DNA from: a virus
Lineage: Duplodnaviria > Caudoviricetes
DNA: 58,253 nt
Strand: one strand, 5' to 3'
IMG/VR virus record: IMGVR_UViG_3300044723_012229
Location: 1-58,253 of that record
Below, piece after piece: positions 10,001 through 18,600 of the stretch. A program made the translations under genes and the position numbers. Each line of letters begins with the position of its first letter. The stretch's first letter is position 1. The notes below the pieces were generated by a model, which saw nothing but the letters and a program-made list of their open reading frames with translations, was not told the DNA's origin and did not search any database.

Positions 10001-12652
10001 ATCATTATAAACTAAATCCCCAACAGTATAAGGAGTTCCGTCACCCTTAACAGGAACAATATCTTGACCATTTAACTCGTTAACCCAATGATAAGAAGAG
10101 TCGCCTGGAGCGCATATTCCATTTGCTGTACCCGCCCCATTTAACGTTCTAGATATCCATATATCGTTTTGAAAAATTGAATACTCTCCTTCATAAAAAA
10201 CTTCGCCAGGAGACCATTCTTTAATATCCAAGGAGTGAGGAGATACTATTTTTTCAAAAAAATCGCTTAAAGAACCTGGAGAGCTTTTAACCCAATTTGA
10301 TCCATTTTGAGCGGGCAAGGATAAAGTTGGCTCAGAATCATGCTCGCACTCAAAAAGTTCGTATGAGATATTGTCGGCGAAAGATATATTCTTCCAGTGG
10401 TTAGGGTATAAATCAGGCCTCAATGCAGAGTTAGGAACTTGATTAATGATACAAAAATATAATTGCCCCATATGCAGAACAACATCGCCAGAAACATATC
10501 TATTTATACTCTTAAACAAACTTATACCCACAGGACACAAAACCATATCCCCAACGGAATAACTATTAGCAGAATTAAATAAACCTTTTACAGAAGAAGT
10601 GTGTCTTAAATTAAAATCATTCTTTACTTTATATACATAACCCTCATACTCTATGCATTCACCCTGCTTATACTCTACGTCAGCACCCCAGTTTGTAAAG
10701 TAAGGAGGAATACTAACTCCGTTATAACTATTATCACTAATACATTTATACAGTTTCTTTTTTGAAAAGTTCGCCACATAGTCCCCTGCATTATAAAATT
10801 CCTCAAAATTAAAAGAAGTTGTACCACTGGGAAACCTCCCGACTCCATATATTCTGTTATTAAGATCCCTAGTATATAAAAAACTATCAAATATTTTAGC
10901 GGCAGGAAGGTCTCCTAATGTCTGAATCTCTCCATTCTTATCCCTTACCGAAGATTTAGTATTATTACCCTCGACTATATTCCACACGGTTTCACCGGTA
11001 TCTATATCAAACAAAGACCCGCTCAAACCTATAGTTTCTGGTGGCCCAGATTTAGGGTTAGAAAATTTAGTTAAATCCACAGTCTGAGACAGGTCGTCGA
11101 CAATATCCCAGCTGAACAAAAAATCATCTCCATTTATTTCTGAAAATTCTAAATTGGATACCTTGATTTCTGTCTTTATAGCTACCAACTCTTTACCCTC
11201 CCCGAGCAAAGAAATGCCTTTTCCACTAAAAATATATTCATCCCCCTTACCGTATCCATCAAACGGAGTAAAAGAATAAAAATAGTTATAGTTCCAGACT
11301 TGCTGAATCCGCTCTTCCGAAACAGCGGTCATATTATCATAAAAATGATCCACAGGAGGACCTAAATTTTGCCAATACTCTTCGTTCGCAGGAGAATTAT
11401 CAAAATCATTTCCAGCAGAATCAACGCCCAGAGTTAAATCGTACAGGCAAAGATATACATTACCATCCCCATATTTTATATATGTCCCATTTTTATATTC
11501 AGTATATTTTATATACTTAAAATTATTAGCATTTTTAAGACTCGAAAAATGCTTTGCATTAGCCTCAACACTATAGTTATTTACAAGCCCAACACCATCA
11601 GGTATAGCAAGAACTCTAATAAGAGTATTCCTGTAATCTCTATCCAAACACTCCCAATTAAAATCATAATAAAAACCATCCCTAAAAACATTAAAGTTTA
11701 TAAGCGCAGGAAAATCGTTAATCAACTGCATTTCCCCCGACGACTTTCTGCCGAACTTATCCACAGAAACAACTTTAACTTTAATCCTTCTGGGCAATCT
11801 CAGAGAAGTAAAATCAATACTACTTAAATTTAAAGAAAAACTTCTGTAGTTATTTAGAAGTTGACTTGGAGATTCTGTTCCAAGAGATCTCGACAAAGAA
11901 GAAGCGTCCAGAACCTCATTAGATATTTTTAAATCTCCGCTATATATAGATATCTCAAAATGGCTAAAAAAATCATCAGCCAACAGCTCTTCAGAAAGAA
12001 CCTCTCCTTCCCTGGCGTGCCCTGGAGGAGGAGCCAACATCCACCTCAACTCAACTTCTCTATTATAAAAGTCTGAACTAGCAGAAAAGAATCTGGATGA
12101 TTGACTTGGCTCACTAACTATTTCTCTTTCAAGACTCTTTCCTTCGTATAAAACAAACATATCTGCAACCAAAAAAGTCTTATCGTACATAGGTGGATTT
12201 ATATCTATAGTTTCTTGGATAAACTCAGATCTAATACCTATATTATTTTCGGCATAAATTCTAACCTTAAACCTTCCGTAATTTCCATCTAAATCAACCG
12301 AAGTCGTAAAACGATTATCCGCAGAGACCAAGACTCCAGAGCCAGAAATTGGAACAGAGTTGCCATTTTCTGAAGCTGTAAAAATACCTTCGTTTACATT
12401 CTGTTCAGTAGTAGCACCCAAAAGGGTAAAATCGGTTGTGCCGACTTCTACAATTCTATATTTAGCTCCAGCAATAACCTCATTAAAATTAACCGATCGA
12501 CTAACAGATTCATACAATTCTCTACCAGTCCCCAATTTCCTATGAAAAGAATAGTTGTCAGAAGTACCCATGGCAACATATTGTATAGCATCACTTAATG
12601 CCCCATCACCATTTGGCAATTCAAAAGAAATTCCTAATATTGTACTTTGCAT
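1076..12652 (-). CDS. Giant central tail fibre / receptor-binding protein (gpJ C-terminal part: FN3 domains, CBM5/12-like modules, repeats, C-terminal S74 intramolecular chaperone)
   Basis: 3858 aa. FN3-like PGPVSNL...YFWVRSVDYAGNKS; gpJ-type IGTAHIQDAAITNAKIHNLTADKI (~7785-7862); C-terminal SDKRLKENI...GLIAQQVKKVLPEVV...LRYEKLVPLLIGAVQE coiled coil. Confidence 0.88.
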   Translation of the reverse strand: MQSTILGISFELPNGDGALSDAIQYVAMGTSDNYSFHRKLGTGRELYESVSRSVNFNEVIAGAKYRIVEVGTTDFTLLGATTEQNVNEGIFTASENGNSVPISGSGVLVSADNRFTTSVDLDGNYGRFKVRIYAENNIGIRSEFIQETIDINPPMYDKTFLVADMFVLYEGKSLEREIVSEPSQSSRFFSASSDFYNREVELRWMLAPPPGHAREGEVLSEELLADDFFSHFEISIYSGDLKISNEVLDASSLSRSLGTESPSQLLNNYRSFSLNLSSIDFTSLRLPRRIKVKVVSVDKFGRKSSGEMQLINDFPALINFNVFRDGFYYDFNWECLDRDYRNTLIRVLAIPDGVGLVNNYSVEANAKHFSSLKNANNFKYIKYTEYKNGTYIKYGDGNVYLCLYDLTLGVDSAGNDFDNSPANEEYWQNLGPPVDHFYDNMTAVSEERIQQVWNYNYFYSFTPFDGYGKGDEYIFSGKGISLLGEGKELVAIKTEIKVSNLEFSEINGDDFLFSWDIVDDLSQTVDLTKFSNPKSGPPETIGLSGSLFDIDTGETVWNIVEGNNTKSSVRDKNGEIQTLGDLPAAKIFDSFLYTRDLNNRIYGVGRFPSGTTSFNFEEFYNAGDYVANFSKKKLYKCISDNSYNGVSIPPYFTNWGADVEYKQGECIEYEGYVYKVKNDFNLRHTSSVKGLFNSANSYSVGDMVLCPVGISLFKSINRYVSGDVVLHMGQLYFCIINQVPNSALRPDLYPNHWKNISFADNISYELFECEHDSEPTLSLPAQNGSNWVKSSPGSLSDFFEKIVSPHSLDIKEWSPGEVFYEGEYSIFQNDIWISRTLNGAGTANGICAPGDSSYHWVNELNGQDIVPVKGDGTPYTVGDLVYNDGQVYKCTKNNPTSAPILAITNPGKNTESSYEESSWIPFWEHDTDHISKTSVFGHIGIPQQGKRGVGLEVGILSSFGKILQKERIEAYNPAPQILPGSFSVDTVSSASIVKFDFKYKDSAREKTTKVDVYRSKDPNFEITGAAGLPFGEMGFTPEALQELGNDYTFIKSVAGSSDASFGDNIEQVIDIPPLDVDQDEGSDSFGMQLPTTYYYKLLPYDDFGSGYAYNAIKNYQQQSEIEDQVIAYPKRYFNENPSLPPGPIVRPNPGAPDPSREQVGPDNEWSSVPGPVSNLTGDTAFENYFLNWDMYGVYNKGNNLFKDHINDINHYEVWMSDSTQDSYLKVEGEDSSVFALSPIQNVNGYRIVDGELNSFGALKGKNKDIGDSVVNASKILEVDANSASLEAVYKGQTNDQRYFWVRSVDYAGNKSPFTGVAMPSEHEHNEVSGVELILGRVKATEVADFEAELSKTFPEAISLVPNDPFEDNSEVEKDVNQSWGAEWGYGSLKPKGSSIAWKNHILYKNNVGFYVDANSTEDIFVYWNAPDFYSETKLYEKDDIVIFDRIENQEQLGGLYICVQDMTEEDRGVSPLDSTQGSVFWLKIEEDAAFDDYGIKPISSEELIARGLSGIPGTGELTDGVDNPLRDVAYIIKYKSSNHHPAGEGVDSDVDGSDNEIVSSTGVDLKKPKLVKDGHSIIARNVNGVATPYWHTFANALIGTAHIQDAAITNAKIHNLTADKIRSAEIRGQDIQVGGEGQIRSFEFGGLDSMVLDEEGNPLHQQQGFAVSGDGSFVFQNKDGKLFFDGEALTLFGKLKQYNGSEFTFVDLTAEPSSFFYIEQSDGTYIPANRNQYCSLVASFQNSYIDADEVLFEIRNPQGRAFFTYDEFKNSKDPEDGIYRISGFEYNPADFDIGVIDPKGPGTAKVAPAKLSVNGFEDMIRYDNDNSVSILPQDNSVVIFVSGVNSSMQRSIAIDFVADGSSAVYVDLNTENQIFNYDFDGDWDVEGNNADRLELNAQAYNTFGAVRSDFYTGVNLRPENLVKLGSGVFDVDVVNLASIVEGQTYEIAETRVVKENSNANAAEVSINTNSTNFDYTSIGAENNNQGTKFVYNGAVIPAEGEDVNVLVHMNEAWNVDLFDNGGKAIVDPLSEQVPMVSMTPFVAKVSVVHENVNLDGLGGKDLLLATDFITVYGQQPGKDSYTVVLGNENHTYPCDEYGRINSDEYPKGATDIIFKRGHTLFNFVPWDPDNHADSNWKYYTTHNDENGAEVIDNVTYTIKDPTLGSIGGGLFEGNYNFLKDIKLKHPGKVYFRIEKISRDESSPNFGKAIWKSAEFNGNGIIESTQYTENEAVTEAIKEEVGDAVIYITYISDVHEVNEKNVPFFEESFLKIPISDCKYIRNAADDPQFPPAVFEKNYTFGKAPQGKKGRKIDLVLDTPVVRYDTVGLNPYVSSVTATIQHENFHHPEPRFEFFTGQAGNYVKVQDQSINSSYTLPINEAGKLHDVDSDHYPVTFYVEAYDSQDQTGLSDQEEWVKVAADQATLVSVSRGSNAKLAYQSQEASIIPITYDSNDLRIPDYSNTQNTISVYEGIDSFDYNSTAIAFNELENKQFFVELEGFTLDGSVYKKGNLEIKRIGSDPSWKVENWVDLNSSSFTTSDKINYKITTKDSDGQLNTYQLVQNIVLGLPAVSTRTVSLDSSHLAVGYSSLSLNRNTEGDVYFSTTLRNSVGSIKYFRFKSSGGSLKIENNNGGFEEYTIDDKFGDWTPPLSNKNIPRVAYTPPSSHSGNNVLTNVFCEYSEDSGAADKNVLSGDQLSVFALKSGSDATTIALSNPAHSIAWDTDNVADVAGSATTLEVYSGATKLTARKTADVNDLNAGEYFVVSTVGSPVSGGTTPDEFKAEDSVEISDSLTYPDITSFNTNSMQGSRDFAVTIKKADGVDVQTIAQSASQTFSLAQSAPPVRQLILSTERMAFNYESQDLQLSPNNQSSIIFTNINNTYGTVFYRFTQSGSGALEYKNSSGEWVDYSSEWSSEIDEVRFVPPVEYSDQNIGHVVCEITEDASGDDRNIEASDQVSFFGLKAGSNAITLVLENEHHGVYWSSYSEDAPEVTGSGSKMYVYQGSELMTPVAKGGDYGNGTYPSERGHYFISTTASAGITEQSSNNISYNSTNKIATISDLASYGQSSVSAHRDINIYLKRKDDTTSTSSRRQSFSLQAASRPIRSLSASADYLAFNYDPQTLGLENSTDSASISLEYINSHNAATPYYRFTNESGLGQIKIGDTVITNSSSKVSSWYSNITNLKYVPPSTFSSKNIATIKIEVSEDSDGSFVEASDQLSFFGLRGGADSITVILENEFQGIYWTSYDGDAPVVAGSSTRVFVYHGNTVMNPETKGDSDSDYPSANGSYFIETSTSSAHIVEEDSGNVTAGSDSAMVIKDLKSFASSIESGYRTLSIKLRKENGSVVDISKKQSFSLQSDAPPKRVLELEASKLGVAYDSSDYYLLNENDTVTIAANPFFTNNNETVYYRFSHDGQGSIDKEDTWETGNTVTYSPPPRYGNNNILATIKCEIKEGSSGTVLASDQVAIFALVAGSDAITAILSNQYHGLPGRDDLTQINYESSGTDLFVFQGDVKLNRTKAATSVAMGEGEFRVVDKTPNKITCGSDITVVPGNGHADHYSYGNHSGLEAKGASITFNIEYKPYNFIAGDPISSVSVTQTLSLNEKGDKGSFTAYRGDWKASTQYYAASMDGGRDFSDIVRHENQYWFATEASNAATFDETKWESFGADFENVATSLLLTDASIVKDSITLGESGDTNAYIETRPANNETFFKAGIVDGKNYFSIGEGSTDGDTVDIRNATLYNATVSGDLNVEGDVVAFHSSDKRLKENIELLNNCLDSIMKIEAVRFSWNEKKSNLRGEEVGLIAQQVKKVLPEVVKLREDGYFGLRYEKLVPLLIGAVQEQQKTIESLSKRLNKLEGN
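1079..1375 (-). other. Peptidase S74 / intramolecular chaperone auto-processing domain
   Basis: S-D-x-R-L-K cleavage motif (SSDKRLKENI) plus GLIAQ and terminal coiled coil, typical of trimeric phage fibre chaperones. Confidence 0.92.
1850..6460 (-). repeat. About 5-6 tandem degenerate ~250-350 aa protein repeats in the fibre
   Basis: Recurring anchors TDFITVYGQQPGKDS (~6457), ADQATLVSVSRGSNA (~5400), GDQLSVFALKSGSDA (~4580), SDQVSFFGLKAGSNA (~3803), SDQLSFFGLRGGADS (~3017), SDQVAIFALVAGSDA (~2275), most followed by L.N..H. Confidence 0.85.
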
Positions 12653-15600
12653 TACCTATAAGTTAAGTCTTGAAGAATTATAGATTCCGGAGACTCGGGA
12701 ATGTCCATGTTAGCTTGAGGCGGTATAGGCATAAATGGACGACGAACCGCGTGCTCTCTATCGATAGCATCAAATTTGTTAAAATTATATTCCGTACCAA
12801 TGATTTCAAATGTTTGATCATCTTTTTCTTTTACACTAACAGCCTTATAATATCTATAACCCTGCAAGCTATTTTCATAATTAATATTATTTTCTAAATA
12901 TTCAGCAAATCCTGCTACCTCAAAATCAATAAAGCCCGCCTCATCGACAGATAATTCTAGCAGCCCGGTTGTTCTTGCAGCCTGAATCTCATGATACAAA
13001 GAACTGGAATTCAGAAGCTCAACAATTGTTCCATCTAAAAGGATAGTGTTCCAAGTGGAGTTCATAGAATTATTAATTTTTTTTGCGGCAGAAGAAGAGC
13101 TTATCTTGAAATTTTTACATTTTATTTTGATATTTTTATTTAAATCTACAAGATTTAGGCTTTTAATAGAAAACTTAAGAGCAACAGAAGGCTTTCTTTG
13201 CTTAGATTCGTCTGACTTCAAAAGCAATACCTCTTCTATTTCTAAAATCTTATTGACGCTTTGCGTCGCCCCTTCTCTCCCGCTATTCTCACTTTGATCT
13301 ATACTTGTTTGCCTAGATGGAGTTAATGTATTAACTTTTTGGCTGGTGACTATAGGATTACCAGAGGAATCATTTTCTTGCGGAACAACCCTAAACTTTA
13401 ATTCGTCAATCTCCTGAGGCGCTTGATCAATACTTAAAAAGTTATCTTCGTCATAATACATAGCAAAACCATAGCTATTTCTCAAACATTTTTCATTAAA
13501 AGAACCCAGGGATTTGTCTTCATCTGTCACGGTGAAACCCTCGGCACCACCTACTCCTTTAATAGTATAAAAACAATCGCCATCTTTTAACTGTACCGGC
13601 TTAGAAAGTATAACGCTCACATTTCCCCCAATAGAATCATAATCTCTTATATTTACATATTCTTGATTTACGGCATTAACGTCCCCAGGAGTAGAAAATA
13701 TAAATTTATCTCCCGGCCTCCCGGTTTGCGCTCCCCACCTTGTTAAATCTAAACTCTCCCTATATACAAGTAATAAATAACTATCCACCTGATTATTTAG
13801 AGTTTCATCGCCAGGGTCTAAATTCCACACAAATTCTTCGCCAACAGCATTTTCACTCGCCCCAAGAAGAGTATAATCAATTTCCTTACCTTCTTCAAAA
13901 GAAGCATCGATAAGCTTAACCCTAGATCCATTTTCAATTTGATGTATGTATTGAAGATCAGAAATTGGGTTCGATACAATTTCATACCTTGAGCCAACTT
14001 GTAGAGTTAAATCGTCTGAGCCATCTAGCAAATTTATTACCTCGTGCATATAATAAGATTCCTTTAAAAAAGACGGTATAGTTTCTGCGCCAGATCGAGA
14101 AAGAAATTCTTCCTCAGAAACATTAAAAGCTAAACACATTCTCCTGATCAGGTCTGCGCTAGATAGAACATTGCTCCAGCTAGTGATAGGGTCAAAATTA
14201 ATTAAGTCATCACCCCCTTGATTATCAACTATATAAGCTTCATTTATCGCCACATCAGATGGACTTATTTTTGCAAACACATACTTATATTTAAACTTCC
14301 CAAACTCTTCAGTCACTTCAGAATCTAAATTAAAAGGAATATTTTCATAAAAAACCTCGCCTATTGACCTGCCCCTAATAATTTCCAGCATTTTTTTGTT
14401 TTGAATCAACCATGACCCGGTTTCAACAAACACTTTGCTCCCATCATTCGCCTCAACCTCAGTATCTATTTTCTGAACCCAAACTTTAGGGTGAATATCG
14501 CCACTAACACCAACCAAATGAAGAGGAATCGAAAATCTACGATTATTAACGTCAACCGAGTCTTCAGGGATGGCGTTTATATTAGCACCTTTAAGTTCTA
14601 GATAAGAAAATTCAGATGATCCATCAGATGAAAATCTCAAGACAGCAGTACCGAGAGCATCAGACTTTATAAAATCTTCACCATTTAATGTACCCGGATC
14701 ATATACAGTAATATCTCCATAAAAACTAGAAGTAACCACCGACCCATATTTAAGATAAGTGTATGCATCAAGATGCAAAGCCTGTATAATCTTTTCGTCT
14801 TCAATTATACTCTCTCCGTATTTGTTGGTAGAAACTATTGTATTTACTCCATCTAAAACGTATGATGCCCCAATCTGTAATTGATTAAGGGCTTCTTGAG
14901 TTAAATTATTCTGACTACTCTCTGGACAAAAATAATGAAACCCTCCAGGGTTACCAAGAGAGTCAAGGCCCTCGTCGATAATTTCTACAGGAGCATCGCC
15001 TCCATTAGGAATTAAAGAAATCTGAAAGGTATTAAATGTAGAATTAACCACAAAATAAGCAAGCGTTCGAACTCGATCCTTTTGTATATTAGCAGGAAGA
15101 ACACCCTCAGAAACAAAACTTACTCTGTCGCCATCAGCAAGACCATGATTATTACACTCTAGCAAATTGTCATTCAAGTTGACGGTAAACTCTTTTTTTA
15201 GCAAAAAATTTACCAAGCAGCAACTTGAACCGTCAAATAATCTTGCCCCATCCTTAGCGCTACAATTAAACTTCAAAACCTGAGGAGAATAAATATTATC
15301 TATATCTAAATCTTGATCAACATCTAAACTTTCCAACCCAGCTTTTTTCTCAACAAGATCATAACTATCCTGAGAAACCCCAGCAGAAACAGTAATTTCT
15401 AATCTACCAAAAACTAATATGTCTGAAAAGTTTCTGTCAAGCTGTATAGCGGTTGCCCCTCCGCTACTTGTCGATTTAATGCCCAATACTCTACCAGAAA
15501 TTTGCCTTGAAGATCTCATATTATCAACAACTTGAAAAACCAATCCAGGCGCTATAGAGTTACCCTCTATACCACAAGAAAAACTTACTCCCTCACTTTC

Positions 15601-18600
15601 TAGCCTTGAAGTCAAAAGAGTCCATTTTGCAAGTCGCCTTGCTTGAGATTCAGAAGTTACTCCAAACCCTATAATCTCTTTCTCTCGGAAGCCAAGTCTC
15701 TGTATACCCTGAACATCTTCTTCATAAATAACATCTGGAGCAAATTTTTTCTCTTTATTGTTAAACCTCACCATGCAACTAGTGTATTTCATTTTCTTCT
15801 CCTCCCCTGAATAAGAGAAGCCGCCTTCTAAAACATTTGTATTATTAAATATCTTAACAGGTAACCTAGGATGGTCTTGACTTAAAGATATCTTCCCGTT
15901 ATTGTATGCAATCACAGACCTAAAGCAAGAAGCAATAGAGTTAAGCATATTAATTGCCTCTATTTGCTCTGTTATATAAATATTACATGTAAACCTAGGC
16001 TCTACAATAGGGTAGCTTTTTTGCAAAGAGCATCCACCAACAACCATGTCATAAGCAACCCCCTCATTTGGAATAAATGAAATAGAAGAAGAGCTGTCAA
16101 AATTTCCACCCTGAACAACGATTTGTCTAGACTCAGGTATAGATCTAACCAAAACCCTTTCTTCAACCAAGCAGTCCCTCCCCTGAGCGCAAGCGATAGT
16201 TTGAATTTGTCTAATAAAATCATCGCCTCTAGCTTTATAAGTTGATTTCTTGATATAGAAGGCAACCTTCTTTCCCTTATATTGATCGCCAGACCCAAAC
16301 TCATTTATAAAAGAATTCAAATCATACCTGTAAGCAACACCACTACCACTATTAAAAGAATTCAAAGAATCAATGAGTGAACCTACCGTCCAATTATATT
16401 CAGACTCAGTTGAGCCGTATTTAAATTTTTTATCACCAAGATAAATTTCATACTCTCTCAGCGTATTATCTCTTCCATATATATGATAAAAAACATCACT
16501 TATATTTGAACTAGATAAATCATCTTCAAACCTCACAGTATTACCACTTCTTCCCTCAAACTGCTTGGAGTTAATTGCGTTGTCATGAGCAGAATTTACC
16601 TTTACTGTATTAGAGTTCGTGTCTGTATATATGATGTAATTATCAAGAGAAACAGTAAGCTCTTCAGTATTCTCATTATACTGCTCTGATATATTTGTCC
16701 TAAAAGGACGAAGTAGATTTGTTGATGTTTCGGGGGCATAATTAGTAGCAACCAACTCGTCACAATATTTTGCTATTTTATATAATTGCCACTTGTCAAT
16801 ATCCTCAGGCGCTAGACCATATTTAGACACACCAAATCTAGGATTTGATATTACATCATAAAAAATCCACGCAGGATTATCGGTCCACCTAAGATTTGAT
16901 TCGTGAACATCATTTATATCAATTTCCTGAGAGTCTTGCCCCAAAAAAAGACCACTCCATGCTCCGTCATATTTCCTTGTATTTGGGTCATAATTTTCAG
17001 GGATTAACACCTTTTTAAGCTTGATATTATAAGACCTCTGCGGAGATTGAGAGAAATTTCTTGAATCAACTTTTAATCGAGTGAAACAACTGTGAGGATA
17101 TCCGACTTTTTGAAAAATAGTTTCTTGAATCTGTTGAATTCCAAGGTTTGCTCTTGTGAATATTTGAGAAAGATGCATGTTTCCAGTGCCATTGTTTAGA
17201 GGTTTATCACTAGCACGCATCCCGGTATTTCCAGTTGGATCAATTTCGTGAGTTATTTTCATGAACTTAAAAACAACGCCTCGAGTTGACTCACCCCCAA
17301 AAAACCTATCTCGATCAATATTTATGGTCAAAGGGATCTCTACTCCTCCCGACGCAAGACCATACAAAGTTAAAAAATCTTTAGAGCCTTCAGATATATA
17401 ATTTTGATAAACTACTGGATTATTATCAACAAAAGCCTCATAAGATTTTACAATAGCTTCGAGAGTTTCATAATTATAATCGTTTTTCTCGTCTTCGCTT
17501 ATTTGAGTCACAGAATTTGTAGAAATATTATTGCCGACAAGGGCTTCATATAATGACCTTTGTATTTCAACTGGCTTGTAATCATATTCTACGCTTGGAT
17601 TAGAAAAGTAGTAATTCAAACCATATACAGCCTTACTCACAGATGAACCAACATAAGAATGATTCCCAGCAACACCAGACAAACCCTGTTCGCTGTACCG
17701 AGAAAATCCTCTTCTAGGAATCTTTCTTCCATAAGTTTGCTGCGCGGTTATTTTATGCCACCACTGATCGTTATCTGACTTTACTATCGTACATCCAGAC
17801 TCAGGACTAAATATATTATACTCAACACCCCCTCTTTCAACAAAAACAGAAAAATCCACAAAACAGTCAGATGTCCACGAATGACTATTTGAGCCGTCCA
17901 CCCTTTGCTGCTGATACTGCAATTCAGCAGACATAAAAAATGTTACCTGACCTACGTTTTTATTTGACACAAGATAACTAAAAACTTGAGACCCAGCCTC
18001 TCGAGCAAAATGTATTTTATCTAAATACTCACTGGCTGAACTTTGATATATTGATTTATAGGCGGCTCCATTAACTTCGTCTTGAGGAGACGGACCAAAT
18101 AAAGTCTTATTACCAAGGTCAATTAAATACGAACTTTTCTCTGGAACAAAATTACCCTGAGCCCCTAAAGAACCATCATTAAACTTGCATTCATCTTCAT
18201 CAACACCCTCACTAAGAACAAAATTAGTTCTTCCGTCTTTAGTAATAACAGGCACGTTATTTAAGTGGACTGATTTTAAATTTTTATTATAACTCTCTCC
18301 TTCGTTTTTGTATACCTTAGCCCCGGTCTCATCAACCAACCCCTCGACAGGACCCTCGCAAAGCAAGTCAAGATAATCGTATTCAGCAACAGACTCTAAA
18401 GAATTTATGTCGCCCCTCGTAGTTGTTTGATTAGTTTGATGCCTAACAACTTTTTCCTCCCCTATATTTGACGACCCTATCAATAATTGACCGTAACCCA
18501 TAGGCACTGGATCTCCTTGGCTTTTTCTATTCTGGGCCCCGCTCATAATATAAGACCTAGTAGAAACTTGTTCGCTTGTATGCTTGGGGGGCGCAGGAGG

